64,000 nt of DNA, taken from assembly GCA_945886445.1 (NCBI GenBank), contig CAMCZG010000004.1, forward strand, positions 72 through 64,071, in the 5' to 3' direction. A program made the position numbers and the translations under genes. Within the stretch, counting starts at the first letter, position 1. Every line of letters begins with the position of its first letter. This stretch comes from Bifidobacterium breve. Lineage in GTDB: Bacteria > Actinomycetota > Acidimicrobiia > Acidimicrobiales > Ilumatobacteraceae. A model generated the notes under the pieces. It searched no databases. It saw nothing but the letters and a program-made list of their open reading frames with translations, and was not told the origin of the DNA. Of the stretch, positions 45,016 through 54,426 are shown piece by piece.

Positions 45016-45398
45016 TACTTTCCTCCGGGAAATTCATAATGCACATCAGAAAATGCGTCACGAGCGAATACATAAAAAAGCCGCAGAGGCTCAGAGCCAT
45101 CGTTGGCAGCAAAATGTTCTGCGCCTTCAGGAATGAACACGGTGTCGCCAGCTGCGACACGAGCAATTTCACCATCAACGCTTATATAGCCAGCGCCGCT
45201 AATGAAGTAATAAATTTCAGCAGCATCGTGCGTGTGACCTCGTTCTGGCGCATCTGCCCCCACGGGAATCTCTGCAATGCCAGCCGTCAGTTGATTGCTC
45301 GCAGTGCGGTCGCCACTCACCAGGGTCCACCACTCCACCGCAGGCGCACTCCAGCTTTCCGTTGGGCAATCAGCAATACGGCGAATGAGGGGCGGCAC
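45015..45398 (-). CDS. Cupin domain protein
   Basis: 127 aa with cupin motifs GHTHDAAEIYYFISGAG and GDTVFIPEGAEH. Its TAA stop overlaps the ATG of the S1 protease gene (TAATG). Confidence 0.8.
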   Translation of the reverse strand: MPPLIRRIADCPTESWSAPAVEWWTLVSGDRTASNQLTAGIAEIPVGADAPERGHTHDAAEIYYFISGAGYISVDGEIARVAAGDTVFIPEGAEHFAANDGSEPLRLFYVFARDAFSDVHYEFPGGK

Positions 45399-45430
45399 AA
45401 GTGCAAACTAGTGCGCACAGCGCCGATGTT

Positions 45431-46741
45431 CTAGTCGGCAGGCCACACGTCGGCTGTAGACAACAACTGGTCACGAAAATCTGGGTGACTAATGCGGGCA
45501 AGCTCGTGTGACCGTTCGGCAATGGAAAGCCCCGACAACTCTGCCGCACCGAATTCTGTAATTACTACATCTACTTGATGGCGCGGCGTGGTGACTACAG
45601 AACCTTCGGGCAGGCGCCCCAAGATGCGTGACACTGTTTCGCCTTTCACCACGGTTGTTGAAGGCATACACACCAAACTGCGCCCACCCACACTGAGCCC
45701 TGGCCCAGCAACAAAATCTTCATGCCCGCCAATACCGGAAAACTGTTTTCCACCAATGGAGTCGGCAATGACCTGCCCTGAAAGGTCAACTGCCATTGCG
45801 CCATTAATAGCCACCATGTTGCGATTCTGCGCAATGATTTCCGGAGAGTTCACCACATCAACTGGTAAGAAGCGCACATCATTGTTGTTGTGAAGCCACG
45901 TGTACAAGTCGGGAGTTCCTGCCGCAAAAGTGGTGACCGAGAATCCATCAAACTCAGTTCCTTTTTTATTCGTTACTTTCCCCGACATATGTAAACGCAT
46001 TAAACCCGACGTAAACATTTCGGAGTGAATTCCGTAGTCACCGCCAGAACCTGACGCGAGTTGCGTTGCTATGTGGTTGGGAACACCACCAATGCCTGTT
46101 TGCAAAGTGCACCCGTCGTGGATGTACTGCATTGCAATTTCTGCTATTTTCATTTCTGCTTCCGACGGAACAACATCGGCCAAATTGAGTGGTTCACGAT
46201 CTGACTCCACCAAATAATTGATGTTGTCTACATGCACGCGGTGAGCATATTTTCCGCCACGTTGATCGGCACCAAGAGTTCGCGGGTAGTGCGGGCTCAC
46301 TTCCACAATGAGCACTCGCTCTGGGTCGGCAATGACCCTTTCTATTTCATCGGTTATCGCACCAGCATGAAGCGACAAACTCACCCAACCGTCAACCGGC
46401 ATTGCGCCCGCAACGGCAAGCACTCGCGGTTTTTTGCGCGCTAGTACAGGAGCAAAGCGGCGAAAGTCGGCAGGCACAAAATCGACATCGGCGCCGCTGT
46501 CGCGCAGAAACCGCTCGGCAGGCCCAAAAAAACCACTCTGCAAATGCACAGTTGGTTGCATGAAGAGTGCGAATAAGTCGGGAAGTAAAGCCCCCGATAC
46601 CCGCAGGTCAACAAAGTCTGTACGTTCGCCCAACGCATGTAAAAAAGCCCCTGGCACGCCTGGCCCCAAGGGCACCGCAAGAGTATCGGTGGGTCGAATT
46701 GCCTGAACTGCTTGTTCCATGGGAACCGTTGAGGTCGTCAT
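45431..46741 (-). CDS. Acetyl-CoA hydrolase/transferase family protein (4-hydroxybutyrate/succinyl-CoA:acetate CoA-transferase-like)
   Basis: 436 aa with family-typical LQTGIGGVPN and GGHEDF motifs. Confidence 0.85.
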   Translation of the reverse strand: MTTSTVPMEQAVQAIRPTDTLAVPLGPGVPGAFLHALGERTDFVDLRVSGALLPDLFALFMQPTVHLQSGFFGPAERFLRDSGADVDFVPADFRRFAPVLARKKPRVLAVAGAMPVDGWVSLSLHAGAITDEIERVIADPERVLIVEVSPHYPRTLGADQRGGKYAHRVHVDNINYLVESDREPLNLADVVPSEAEMKIAEIAMQYIHDGCTLQTGIGGVPNHIATQLASGSGGDYGIHSEMFTSGLMRLHMSGKVTNKKGTEFDGFSVTTFAAGTPDLYTWLHNNNDVRFLPVDVVNSPEIIAQNRNMVAINGAMAVDLSGQVIADSIGGKQFSGIGGHEDFVAGPGLSVGGRSLVCMPSTTVVKGETVSRILGRLPEGSVVTTPRHQVDVVITEFGAAELSGLSIAERSHELARISHPDFRDQLLSTADVWPAD

Positions 46742-46834
46742 CGCACTCTCCTTTTACTCACCCTATATATAGGTCGAATTATTCCACCGCCGGCCTGACT
46801 ACCCAATGGGCCTATTTCCATCTAGAGTAAAACC

Positions 46835-47329
46835 ATGTTCAGTTCTAAAAATGCCCGTTCAACTCAACGACACCCATTACGCATAGTTTCCCTCGTTGCC
46901 ATCTGCGCCACCCTTTCTACAGGTATCACCAGTTGCGGCAACGAAGAAAGTGGTGCTGTGCGCAACGCAACTATTGCAACTGGCACCACTTGCAAAAGCG
47001 CCGGCGAAGCGAAAACGATGTCGGGGACACCTTACATTTGCACCACCACGGAAGCCGGCAAAGTCTGGTATCCCATCTCCAAGCAACAAACCTGGATCTG
47101 CGTGAAACTCGGCGCAACACGCTTCATGCTCGAAGGCGTTTTGGCCGTATGCGGCAAGGTGAAAAGCGTCCGCCGTTGGTACACCACGTTGCCAGTCGCA
47201 CTTACCATCAATGGCAAAGTTCTACCCACTTCCGACCCTGCAGCATTAGAACTTGCAGGAGAATCATATGGAATCGTGAAAAAAGCAACGGTTGCCGACC
47301 CAGAAAATACCGCTGTAGTTACTCCATAA
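46835..47329 (+). CDS. Lipoprotein of unknown function
   Basis: Has the lipobox LSTGITSC. 164 aa with several Cys in the mature part. Confidence 0.6.
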   Translation: MFSSKNARSTQRHPLRIVSLVAICATLSTGITSCGNEESGAVRNATIATGTTCKSAGEAKTMSGTPYICTTTEAGKVWYPISKQQTWICVKLGATRFMLEGVLAVCGKVKSVRRWYTTLPVALTINGKVLPTSDPAALELAGESYGIVKKATVADPENTAVVTP

Positions 47330-47395
47330 GTTTGCGACTAGCCTGAGAGACCAGTAGGTCCATGGGGGATCTTGCTGGTAGCCAAGGGGGCCGTC

Positions 47396-48763
47396 ATGGC
47401 TGTTATTGACAATGTTTCTGCACAGGGAGTTCCACCGCACCTTCGTGGCAATGGAGCACCAGTTCAAGAAGAACTCACGATCACCGACCTCAAAGTCACT
47501 GGCACTATTCCTGCACATCTTGATGGTCGTTATTTGCGCAATGGAGCGAACCCCATTACCGGAATGAGCGATCATCCATTTCTTGGTGACGGCATGATTC
47601 ATGGTGTGCGTTTGCGTGAAGGAAAAGCACAGTGGTACCGCAACCGTTACGTGCAAACCCCGTACATCACCGACCCGTCACGCAACATTCTCGACATGGA
47701 TACTGGTCTTGGCGACATGGCGATGTCGAAAGCCAACACGCACATCTTCGGTCACGCCGGAAAATTTCTTGCTCTTGAAGAAGGACACTTTCCTTACGAA
47801 CTCGATGGCGACTTGAACACCGTTGGGCCAACGAACTACAACGGCAAACTCACTGGCTCCTTTACTGCTCACCCCAAGGTCTGCCCACTCACTGGCGAAA
47901 TGCTTGCTTTTGGGTACTACTTTCTCGAGCCATACCTCACCTACTTGCGTGTTTCGCCAACTGGTGAAATGGTGCAAAACACCGTTATTACTGTGGGCGG
48001 GCCCACCATGATGCACGACTTCAACGTCACCGAGAACTACGTCATTTTCATGGACCTTCCCGCAGTATTCGACCTTGAAATGGCAATGCGCGGCGAGCTA
48101 CCAATTCACTGGGACGACAACTACCCCGCACGTCTTGGTGTGATGCCACGCAATGGTGCCGATGCCGATGTGAAATGGTTCGACATCAACCCTTGCTACG
48201 TCTTTCACCCCATGAACTCATACGAAGAAGGCGACAACATCGTCATCGACGTTGCACGCTTCTCACACATTTGGCGTGACAGTGCCATGGATTTCCCACC
48301 ACCAGTTCTCTGGCGTTGGGTCATCAACACCAAAACCGGCAAAGTATCTGAAGAGCAAGTGGACGATCGCCCTGGCGAGTTCCCACGCGTTGCCGATTCT
48401 GTGATTGGCCGCAAGCATCGCTTCGGTTATGAAATGTCTGCACCAGAACTTGGTGGCTCTGATTCGCCCCTTGAAGATCCGGGCGCAATTATCAAATACG
48501 ACCGCTTCACTGGCGCTCGCACATCAATTGAACTTGGCAAAGGTCGCTCACCTGGCGAAGCCGTATTCGTACCAGCAGAGAACCCTTCGTCAGAAGACGA
48601 CGGCTATCTCATGACCTACGTTTTCGACAAAGCAAAGAACACTTCCGACTTTGTTATTTTCGATGCGAAGACCATGAGCCAAGAGCCAGTTGCCAGCGTG
48701 CATTTGCCACGCGTGCCATTTGGTTTCCATGGCAACTGGATCGACGCAAGCACCGCCAACTAA
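47396..48763 (+). CDS. Carotenoid/apocarotenoid (stilbene) cleavage oxygenase family protein
   Basis: Contains TMMHDFNVTENYVIFMDLP, CYVFHPMNSYEE and FHGNW motifs (His ligands). ATG 47396 is preceded by AAGGGGG. The track start is TTG 47372. Confidence 0.9.
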   Translation: MAVIDNVSAQGVPPHLRGNGAPVQEELTITDLKVTGTIPAHLDGRYLRNGANPITGMSDHPFLGDGMIHGVRLREGKAQWYRNRYVQTPYITDPSRNILDMDTGLGDMAMSKANTHIFGHAGKFLALEEGHFPYELDGDLNTVGPTNYNGKLTGSFTAHPKVCPLTGEMLAFGYYFLEPYLTYLRVSPTGEMVQNTVITVGGPTMMHDFNVTENYVIFMDLPAVFDLEMAMRGELPIHWDDNYPARLGVMPRNGADADVKWFDINPCYVFHPMNSYEEGDNIVIDVARFSHIWRDSAMDFPPPVLWRWVINTKTGKVSEEQVDDRPGEFPRVADSVIGRKHRFGYEMSAPELGGSDSPLEDPGAIIKYDRFTGARTSIELGKGRSPGEAVFVPAENPSSEDDGYLMTYVFDKAKNTSDFVIFDAKTMSQEPVASVHLPRVPFGFHGNWIDASTAN

Positions 48764-48766
48764 ACG

Positions 48767-49816
48767 CTACGCGAAACCAAACACATGACCCGCCGACAAA
48801 TCATCGGCAGCACTAAATGCACGTCGTACAAGTGAGTCCATCAGTGCTGCGCCGCGTTCATTTGCAGGGTCAAAAGTGAGGATGCTGGCACCAAATGATG
48901 TGCAATAAAAGAGCACACCCTCGGTGAGGCCGCGCACAATTTTGTCGACATTTGCCCACTCACTTGGTACGCCTCCCTCTACTAGACCATCTACATAACG
49001 TTGTATTAATTCGTCTTGCATCTCTCGACGCATGTCGGTGGGCAAATTTGTGCCAATGAAGTACACCAAATCTGTTGTGCTCGGCGCGCGCATCGCCATT
49101 TGCCAATCGATGAGACCAAATGTTCCATCGGCACCAAAGAACATATTGTCGAGTCGATAATCACCGTGACACAAAGTGACAGGCCACGCTGAATACGACC
49201 CAATCCACTGTGTAATACGCGGTGCGAATTCTTCACACCACCGCAAAACACGAGGTGGCAATGTACTTTCATAACGCTCTAAAAATATTGGCCAACCAAC
49301 AGCAAACATCTCGCCAACCATTGCTGTCATTGGGTCAGAGATATCGGGCATCCATGTGAGTTCATGAACTTCTGGTGTATTGAACCAGGAACTGTGTAGA
49401 CGCGCTGCAGCATCTACAGCATCGCGTGCTTGTTGTGCAGTGGGGCCAAGTACTTGGTCACCAGACTGTGCTGGCGACATGTCTTCCAGAATTAAGACAT
49501 ATGGGTTCGCACTTGAATAAAAACACTGCGGAATACGCATTGCAGTAATACGAGAAGCAACTTCTGTGTAAAAACGATGCTCACGTTCCCACACGCCCAT
49601 CATTTCCCCCATCATGAGCCCACCTGGGTCTGTGGTCGGCAACTTCACAATGAGCGTTTCAGGTAAATGTGCGGCCGAAATATGAACACGTGACAGTTGC
49701 CCCAAAAACCCGACACCTGCACCCACAGGTTCACTGCGTAGAAGTGTGACATCGCTCCCTAAAACAGCACTGAGCCACTCGCTTGAGACATCGCTCATTG
49801 AAATTGGTGTTGTCAT
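48767..49816 (-). CDS. Phosphotransferase (APH / ecdysteroid-kinase-like) family protein
   Basis: Contains the catalytic loop LCHGDYRLDNMFF followed by LIDWQ. Confidence 0.8.
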   Translation of the reverse strand: MTTPISMSDVSSEWLSAVLGSDVTLLRSEPVGAGVGFLGQLSRVHISAAHLPETLIVKLPTTDPGGLMMGEMMGVWEREHRFYTEVASRITAMRIPQCFYSSANPYVLILEDMSPAQSGDQVLGPTAQQARDAVDAAARLHSSWFNTPEVHELTWMPDISDPMTAMVGEMFAVGWPIFLERYESTLPPRVLRWCEEFAPRITQWIGSYSAWPVTLCHGDYRLDNMFFGADGTFGLIDWQMAMRAPSTTDLVYFIGTNLPTDMRREMQDELIQRYVDGLVEGGVPSEWANVDKIVRGLTEGVLFYCTSFGASILTFDPANERGAALMDSLVRRAFSAADDLSAGHVFGFA

Positions 49817-49850
49817 ATTTTGCCCCCCGACTCAATATGTGTAAAAAAGT

Positions 49851-51521
49851 GTGAGAACCCCTTACGTCGGCAAGAATACTCCAGTGAGCAGCATCGTCGT
49901 TTCAGAGTTGGCCTATGCCCCACCCGGGGTCGATCAGTTATTTTTTGATGTCAGCTTTGGAGTTGCACCTGGTGAGCATGCAGCCATCGTGGGCGCTAAT
50001 GGCGTAGGGAAAAGCACCGTATTGCGCATCTTGTCGCAGGTGATTGAAGCAGATGATGGCGAGTACACGGTGAATGGCACCATGCTCACCATGACCCAAG
50101 AAGTGGGCATGTCGAACCCCAACGACACCTTGCGAGAAATGCTTGTTGAAGTAGCGCCAAAACATTTGCGCACTGCGGGTCGCGCTCTCATTGCAGCAGA
50201 AAAAGCACTAGCCGACGGCACTGACGACGGCATGGGTTATGCCACAGCGCTGGGCGACTGGGGCGACCTTGGCGGATACGAATTGGAGTCTGACTGGCAA
50301 GCAGCAGCGCAGCGCAGTGTGAAAACCCCTGTTGACGATTTCTCGCGGCGCTTGGTATCGGAACTTTCCGGCGGCGAGCGTAAGCGATTGGTGCTCGACC
50401 TACTTCTTACTTCTGGTGCCGATGTGCTCCTGCTTGACGAGCCCGACAACTACCTCGATATTCCTACACGCGGCTGGCTTGAAGAGGAAATTAAAAAATG
50501 TCGCTCCACCATTCTCATGGTGAGCCACGACCGCACACTTTTAGAACGTGTTGCCACCAAAATTATTGTTATCGAAGGGTCCGGATGTTGGAGCCATGGC
50601 GGTTCGTATGTCACATTCCCCGATGCACGCGCCAAGCGACAAGAACTACTTGGCGACGACCTCAAGCGCTGGAACGATGAAGAGCGTCGACTCTTTCATC
50701 ACATGAAAATAATGAAACAACGCGCCGCGCAAAACTTTAAGAATGCGACAAAGGCAAACGGGGCCGAAACACGCTGGGAAAAATTTGTTGCTGCTGGCCC
50801 ACCGCCGCCTCCCGTTCCCGACCAACACATTCACGTTCGTTTTCGTGGTGCCGACTCTGCCCGACGTGTGGTGAAGTTTGAAGAAGTGTCTATTGGCAGC
50901 CTCTTTCTTCCTTTTTCCGAAGAAGTGCACTTTGGCGAGCGCGTTGGCCTCATCGGCCCGAACGGAACAGGGAAAACCCATTTGCTCAATGCATTATTCG
51001 GTAAAAAAGAAGACTTGAGCGGAACAATTACTTTTGGCCCGCGCACTTCAGTGGGAATGTTCACTCAAATTAACGACCGCCCCGAGTTTCGAGGCCGCAC
51101 ATGTATCGACATTGTTCGCGACAAACTCGTTGAAGAAGAAAAGTCAATGCGTGCACTTGCGCGCTATGGCCTACGCAACAACGCTCGTCAAGAATTTCAA
51201 ACATTGTCTGGTGGGCAAAAAGCACGCTTAGAAATTTTGTCGCTCGAACTTGCGGGTCACAATGTGTTGTTGCTTGATGAACCTACCGACAACCTTGACA
51301 TCGAGTCGTCTGAAGCACTCGAGCGTGCACTAGACGGGTTTGAAGGCACAGTTATAGCCGTGAGCCACGACCGTACTTTTCTTGCACAGTTTGACCGCTT
51401 CATCATGATTACCGACGACGGCGAAGTGTATGCATTGCCCGATTACGAGGTTGCAATGACTGGCTTAGCCGCACCCGAGCAACTTGCTCAGGTGCGATTA
51501 GCAAAACCTCTTACTGCGTAA
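49851..51521 (+). CDS. ABC-F family ATPase (two ABC domains, no TM)
   Basis: Walker A motifs are GANGVGKST and GPNGTGKTH. Signatures are LSGGERKRL and LSGGQKARL. The start is uncertain (GTG 49851 or GTG 49884). Confidence 0.9.
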   Translation: MRTPYVGKNTPVSSIVVSELAYAPPGVDQLFFDVSFGVAPGEHAAIVGANGVGKSTVLRILSQVIEADDGEYTVNGTMLTMTQEVGMSNPNDTLREMLVEVAPKHLRTAGRALIAAEKALADGTDDGMGYATALGDWGDLGGYELESDWQAAAQRSVKTPVDDFSRRLVSELSGGERKRLVLDLLLTSGADVLLLDEPDNYLDIPTRGWLEEEIKKCRSTILMVSHDRTLLERVATKIIVIEGSGCWSHGGSYVTFPDARAKRQELLGDDLKRWNDEERRLFHHMKIMKQRAAQNFKNATKANGAETRWEKFVAAGPPPPPVPDQHIHVRFRGADSARRVVKFEEVSIGSLFLPFSEEVHFGERVGLIGPNGTGKTHLLNALFGKKEDLSGTITFGPRTSVGMFTQINDRPEFRGRTCIDIVRDKLVEEEKSMRALARYGLRNNARQEFQTLSGGQKARLEILSLELAGHNVLLLDEPTDNLDIESSEALERALDGFEGTVIAVSHDRTFLAQFDRFIMITDDGEVYALPDYEVAMTGLAAPEQLAQVRLAKPLTA

Positions 51522-51524
51522 AAA

Positions 51525-52505
51525 CTACGACCAGATACCACCGCTGCGGGTAAACACAGCAGCTTTACCTGCACCTTGGTTTGGCCCACCAGCAGCGAGC
51601 GTGTTGCCATCGGTAGAAAGTGAAACCGACCAACCGAAGTTGCCGCTTGCCGCTCCGTTGTCGAGCGTGATGACTTGTTGTTCTTTCCAAGCAGACTCGG
51701 TGCGGGCAAAGACCGATACAGAACCCTGGTCAGCATTCGCTTGGATATCGGCGCTAATGGCTCCTACAGCAAGCGTGCTGCCGTCGGCAGATAATGCCAC
51801 GGCATAACCAAAGAGATCGCCAGCAGTTCCACTGGAAATATTCAATGTTTTCTGCAACGCCCACGCACCGCCACTACGCGCAAACACCGACACTGCACCT
51901 TCGTCTTTATTTCCATTCACATCGGCGTATACCGCTCCGATAGCAAGCGTGTTGCCGTCGGACGACAACGCCACTGAATAGCCAAACCAATCTTCTGCGT
52001 TGCCGTTGTCACCAACAAGAACTTTTTCTTCGGCCCAAGTTTTGCCTGAACGGCCATACACCGTGACCGAGCCCTGATCTTTATTGCCACTTACATCGGC
52101 ATACAGTGCGCCGACTGCAAGAGTCTTTCCGTCAGCCGATAATGCCACTGCTCCGCCGAAAGCATCGCCGTCTGCAGCATCAGTAGGAGAAATAACATTT
52201 TGGCTACTAGCAACAGCCGCAGCAGTTGTTGTTGTCTCCCCAGCAATGGTGGTGTCAACGCTTCCAGGTTCAGAACTCTGTGTTGGATCGGTCGACTCAG
52301 TTGAACCTTCGCCCACCGTGGTGCTTGAGCCCGCCTGCCAGTCGAACAAGGTGGTGCTTGGGGCATTTCCATTTTCGTCGAGCGTGGTAGTGACTTCGGC
52401 GTTGCGGGTACGACCATCGCCTCCGCCGCAAGCGGTGAGTACTGCACCAAGCGCGAGAGTTGCGCAAACGGCAACAATCAATGTGTTTTTCCGTTGCTGA
52501 ATCAT
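51525..52505 (-). CDS. Lipoprotein with four FG-GAP-like beta-propeller repeats
   Basis: Has the lipobox VLTACGG, a Ser/Thr-rich tether, and four ~57-aa repeats of the form FG(Y/G)(S/A)VALS.DG.TLA.GA..AD..GN.D.G.V.V(F/Y).RSG..W. Confidence 0.75.
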   Translation of the reverse strand: MIQQRKNTLIVAVCATLALGAVLTACGGGDGRTRNAEVTTTLDENGNAPSTTLFDWQAGSSTTVGEGSTESTDPTQSSEPGSVDTTIAGETTTTAAAVASSQNVISPTDAADGDAFGGAVALSADGKTLAVGALYADVSGNKDQGSVTVYGRSGKTWAEEKVLVGDNGNAEDWFGYSVALSSDGNTLAIGAVYADVNGNKDEGAVSVFARSGGAWALQKTLNISSGTAGDLFGYAVALSADGSTLAVGAISADIQANADQGSVSVFARTESAWKEQQVITLDNGAASGNFGWSVSLSTDGNTLAAGGPNQGAGKAAVFTRSGGIWS

Positions 52506-52604
52506 GGTAATCCCCTATCAATAAATCTGAGTTCAGACTAGAGCCTTCTGGCCCCTCGTGCTAGTCACCCCCCGCTCTTGGTCTGTAGCCCTTAGCCTGA
52601 GCCA

Positions 52605-54407
52605 GTGATTTTGATTGATGCCCAAGGTTTAAAAGCCTCACGGCCGAACCGACCCCTCTTTGCCGATGTTTCTCTTACCTTGAACGACGGCGACCGCGTT
52701 GGCGTGGTGGGGCTCAATGGTTGTGGCAAGAGCACCTTATTGCGCATTATCAGCGGCGAGCTTGAACCCGATGCCGGTGTGGTGCGCCTTGGCCGTGGCA
52801 CGCGCATTGGCGTTCTTCCTCAGTTACCTGTTTTACCCAAAGGCTCCGTGCGCGATGCCGTTGGCGAAGGTTGGAAAGGTGAAGCGGCATTGCATCGTCT
52901 CGGAATGTCGGAACTTCTCGACTCGCCCACCGACGAACTGTCTGGCGGGCAACAAAAACGTGTTGCACTTGCCCAACTTCTCGTTGCCGAATGGGATGCA
53001 CTCATTTTAGATGAGCCCACCAACCATCTCGACCTCGATGCCATTGCATACTTAGAAGAGTGGCTCGCCAACTTTTCTGGCGGTCTTATTTTGGTAACGC
53101 ACGACCGTCACGTGCTCGACCATGTCACCACAAAAGTTTTAGAAATCGATCGTGGCAAGGCGTACTTGCATGTTCCATTCGGCAAACATGCTGGCTCTGG
53201 CTATGCGGCGTATCTTTCAGCACGCATTGAACGTGAAGCACAAGCAGCTACCGATGAACAAGTGCGTAAAAACTTAGCCACGAAAGAACTCGCATGGTTG
53301 CGCCGCGGTGCACCCGCACGTTCCACAAAACCAAAAGCTCGTGTTGATGCAGCAAAAGCAATTGTGAGCCAACGCCCCGAGGCAGCAGCACGGCAAGGTG
53401 AACTCGGTTTGTCGTTGGGTAGTCAACGGCTCGGTTCAAAAGGTGTTGAACTTGATGCCGTCAGTTTTTCGTGGCCTGCACCCGGTAGTTCCACAGAAGG
53501 CGTGTTAGTACTTTCTCCTTTCACGCACGAATTAGAACCTGGTGACCGCTTAGGAATTGTTGGGCCGAATGGTGCCGGCAAAAGCACTCTGCTCGATCTC
53601 ATTGCAGGCCGTCTCACTCCATCGCAAGGCCGCATTGAAATTGGCCGCACGGTGAAAGTGGGCTACTACGACCAACTTGGTCGCGACCTCAATGTGAACC
53701 AGCGCGTGCGCGATGCAGTGACTGGCGATAAGGGTGCGCCTTCCGTTGAAGACAACAACCTCATGCGCCAGTTCTGGTTCGATGGCGATGCGCAATTTGC
53801 GCCTATTCACACATTGTCGGGTGGCGAACGCCGACGTCTGCAACTTCTTCTCACACTTGTTGAACAACCCAATGTGCTGCTGCTTGACGAACCCACGAAC
53901 GACCTCGACCTCGACACGCTGCGTGCACTAGAGGAATACCTCGACACCTGGCCGGGCATTGTTGTCGTGGTTAGCCACGACCGTGTTTTCCTTGATCGAA
54001 CAGTTATTGAAGTACTTGCACTCGATGGCGTTGGCGGAGCGGCACTGGTACGTGGTGGCGTTGCCGGCTGGCTAGCAAACCGAGGCAAGGTTCAAGCCGC
54101 GCCACAAAAATCACACAGAATTGTTCAACAGTCTGTTGAGAAAACAGCACCAGTCGCTCCAAAGAAATCAACAAAGAGCCCGAGCACACTTCGCAGACTC
54201 ATTGGCGAGGCCGAGCGCAAAATGGAACAAGCGACAGCCAAACAAGACGCTCTAACAATTGAGCTCGCAACGGCGGGCAACGACGTTCCGCTACTAACAA
54301 AGCTCAGTGAACAACTTGCACAAACACAAGTATCTGTTCAACAAGCAGAGGAGCAGTGGATCTCACTTGCTGCCGAGGCCGAGAGCGTCGGTTTGTCACT
54401 CGAATAG
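52605..54407 (+). CDS. ABC-F family ATPase with a C-terminal coiled coil (Uup-like)
   Basis: Walker A motifs are GLNGCGKST and GPNGAGKST. Signatures are LSGGQQKRV and LSGGERRRL. The C-terminal tail is helical. Confidence 0.9.
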   Translation: MILIDAQGLKASRPNRPLFADVSLTLNDGDRVGVVGLNGCGKSTLLRIISGELEPDAGVVRLGRGTRIGVLPQLPVLPKGSVRDAVGEGWKGEAALHRLGMSELLDSPTDELSGGQQKRVALAQLLVAEWDALILDEPTNHLDLDAIAYLEEWLANFSGGLILVTHDRHVLDHVTTKVLEIDRGKAYLHVPFGKHAGSGYAAYLSARIEREAQAATDEQVRKNLATKELAWLRRGAPARSTKPKARVDAAKAIVSQRPEAAARQGELGLSLGSQRLGSKGVELDAVSFSWPAPGSSTEGVLVLSPFTHELEPGDRLGIVGPNGAGKSTLLDLIAGRLTPSQGRIEIGRTVKVGYYDQLGRDLNVNQRVRDAVTGDKGAPSVEDNNLMRQFWFDGDAQFAPIHTLSGGERRRLQLLLTLVEQPNVLLLDEPTNDLDLDTLRALEEYLDTWPGIVVVVSHDRVFLDRTVIEVLALDGVGGAALVRGGVAGWLANRGKVQAAPQKSHRIVQQSVEKTAPVAPKKSTKSPSTLRRLIGEAERKMEQATAKQDALTIELATAGNDVPLLTKLSEQLAQTQVSVQQAEEQWISLAAEAESVGLSLE

Positions 54408-54426
54408 ACAGAAATGATGAGCCCAA

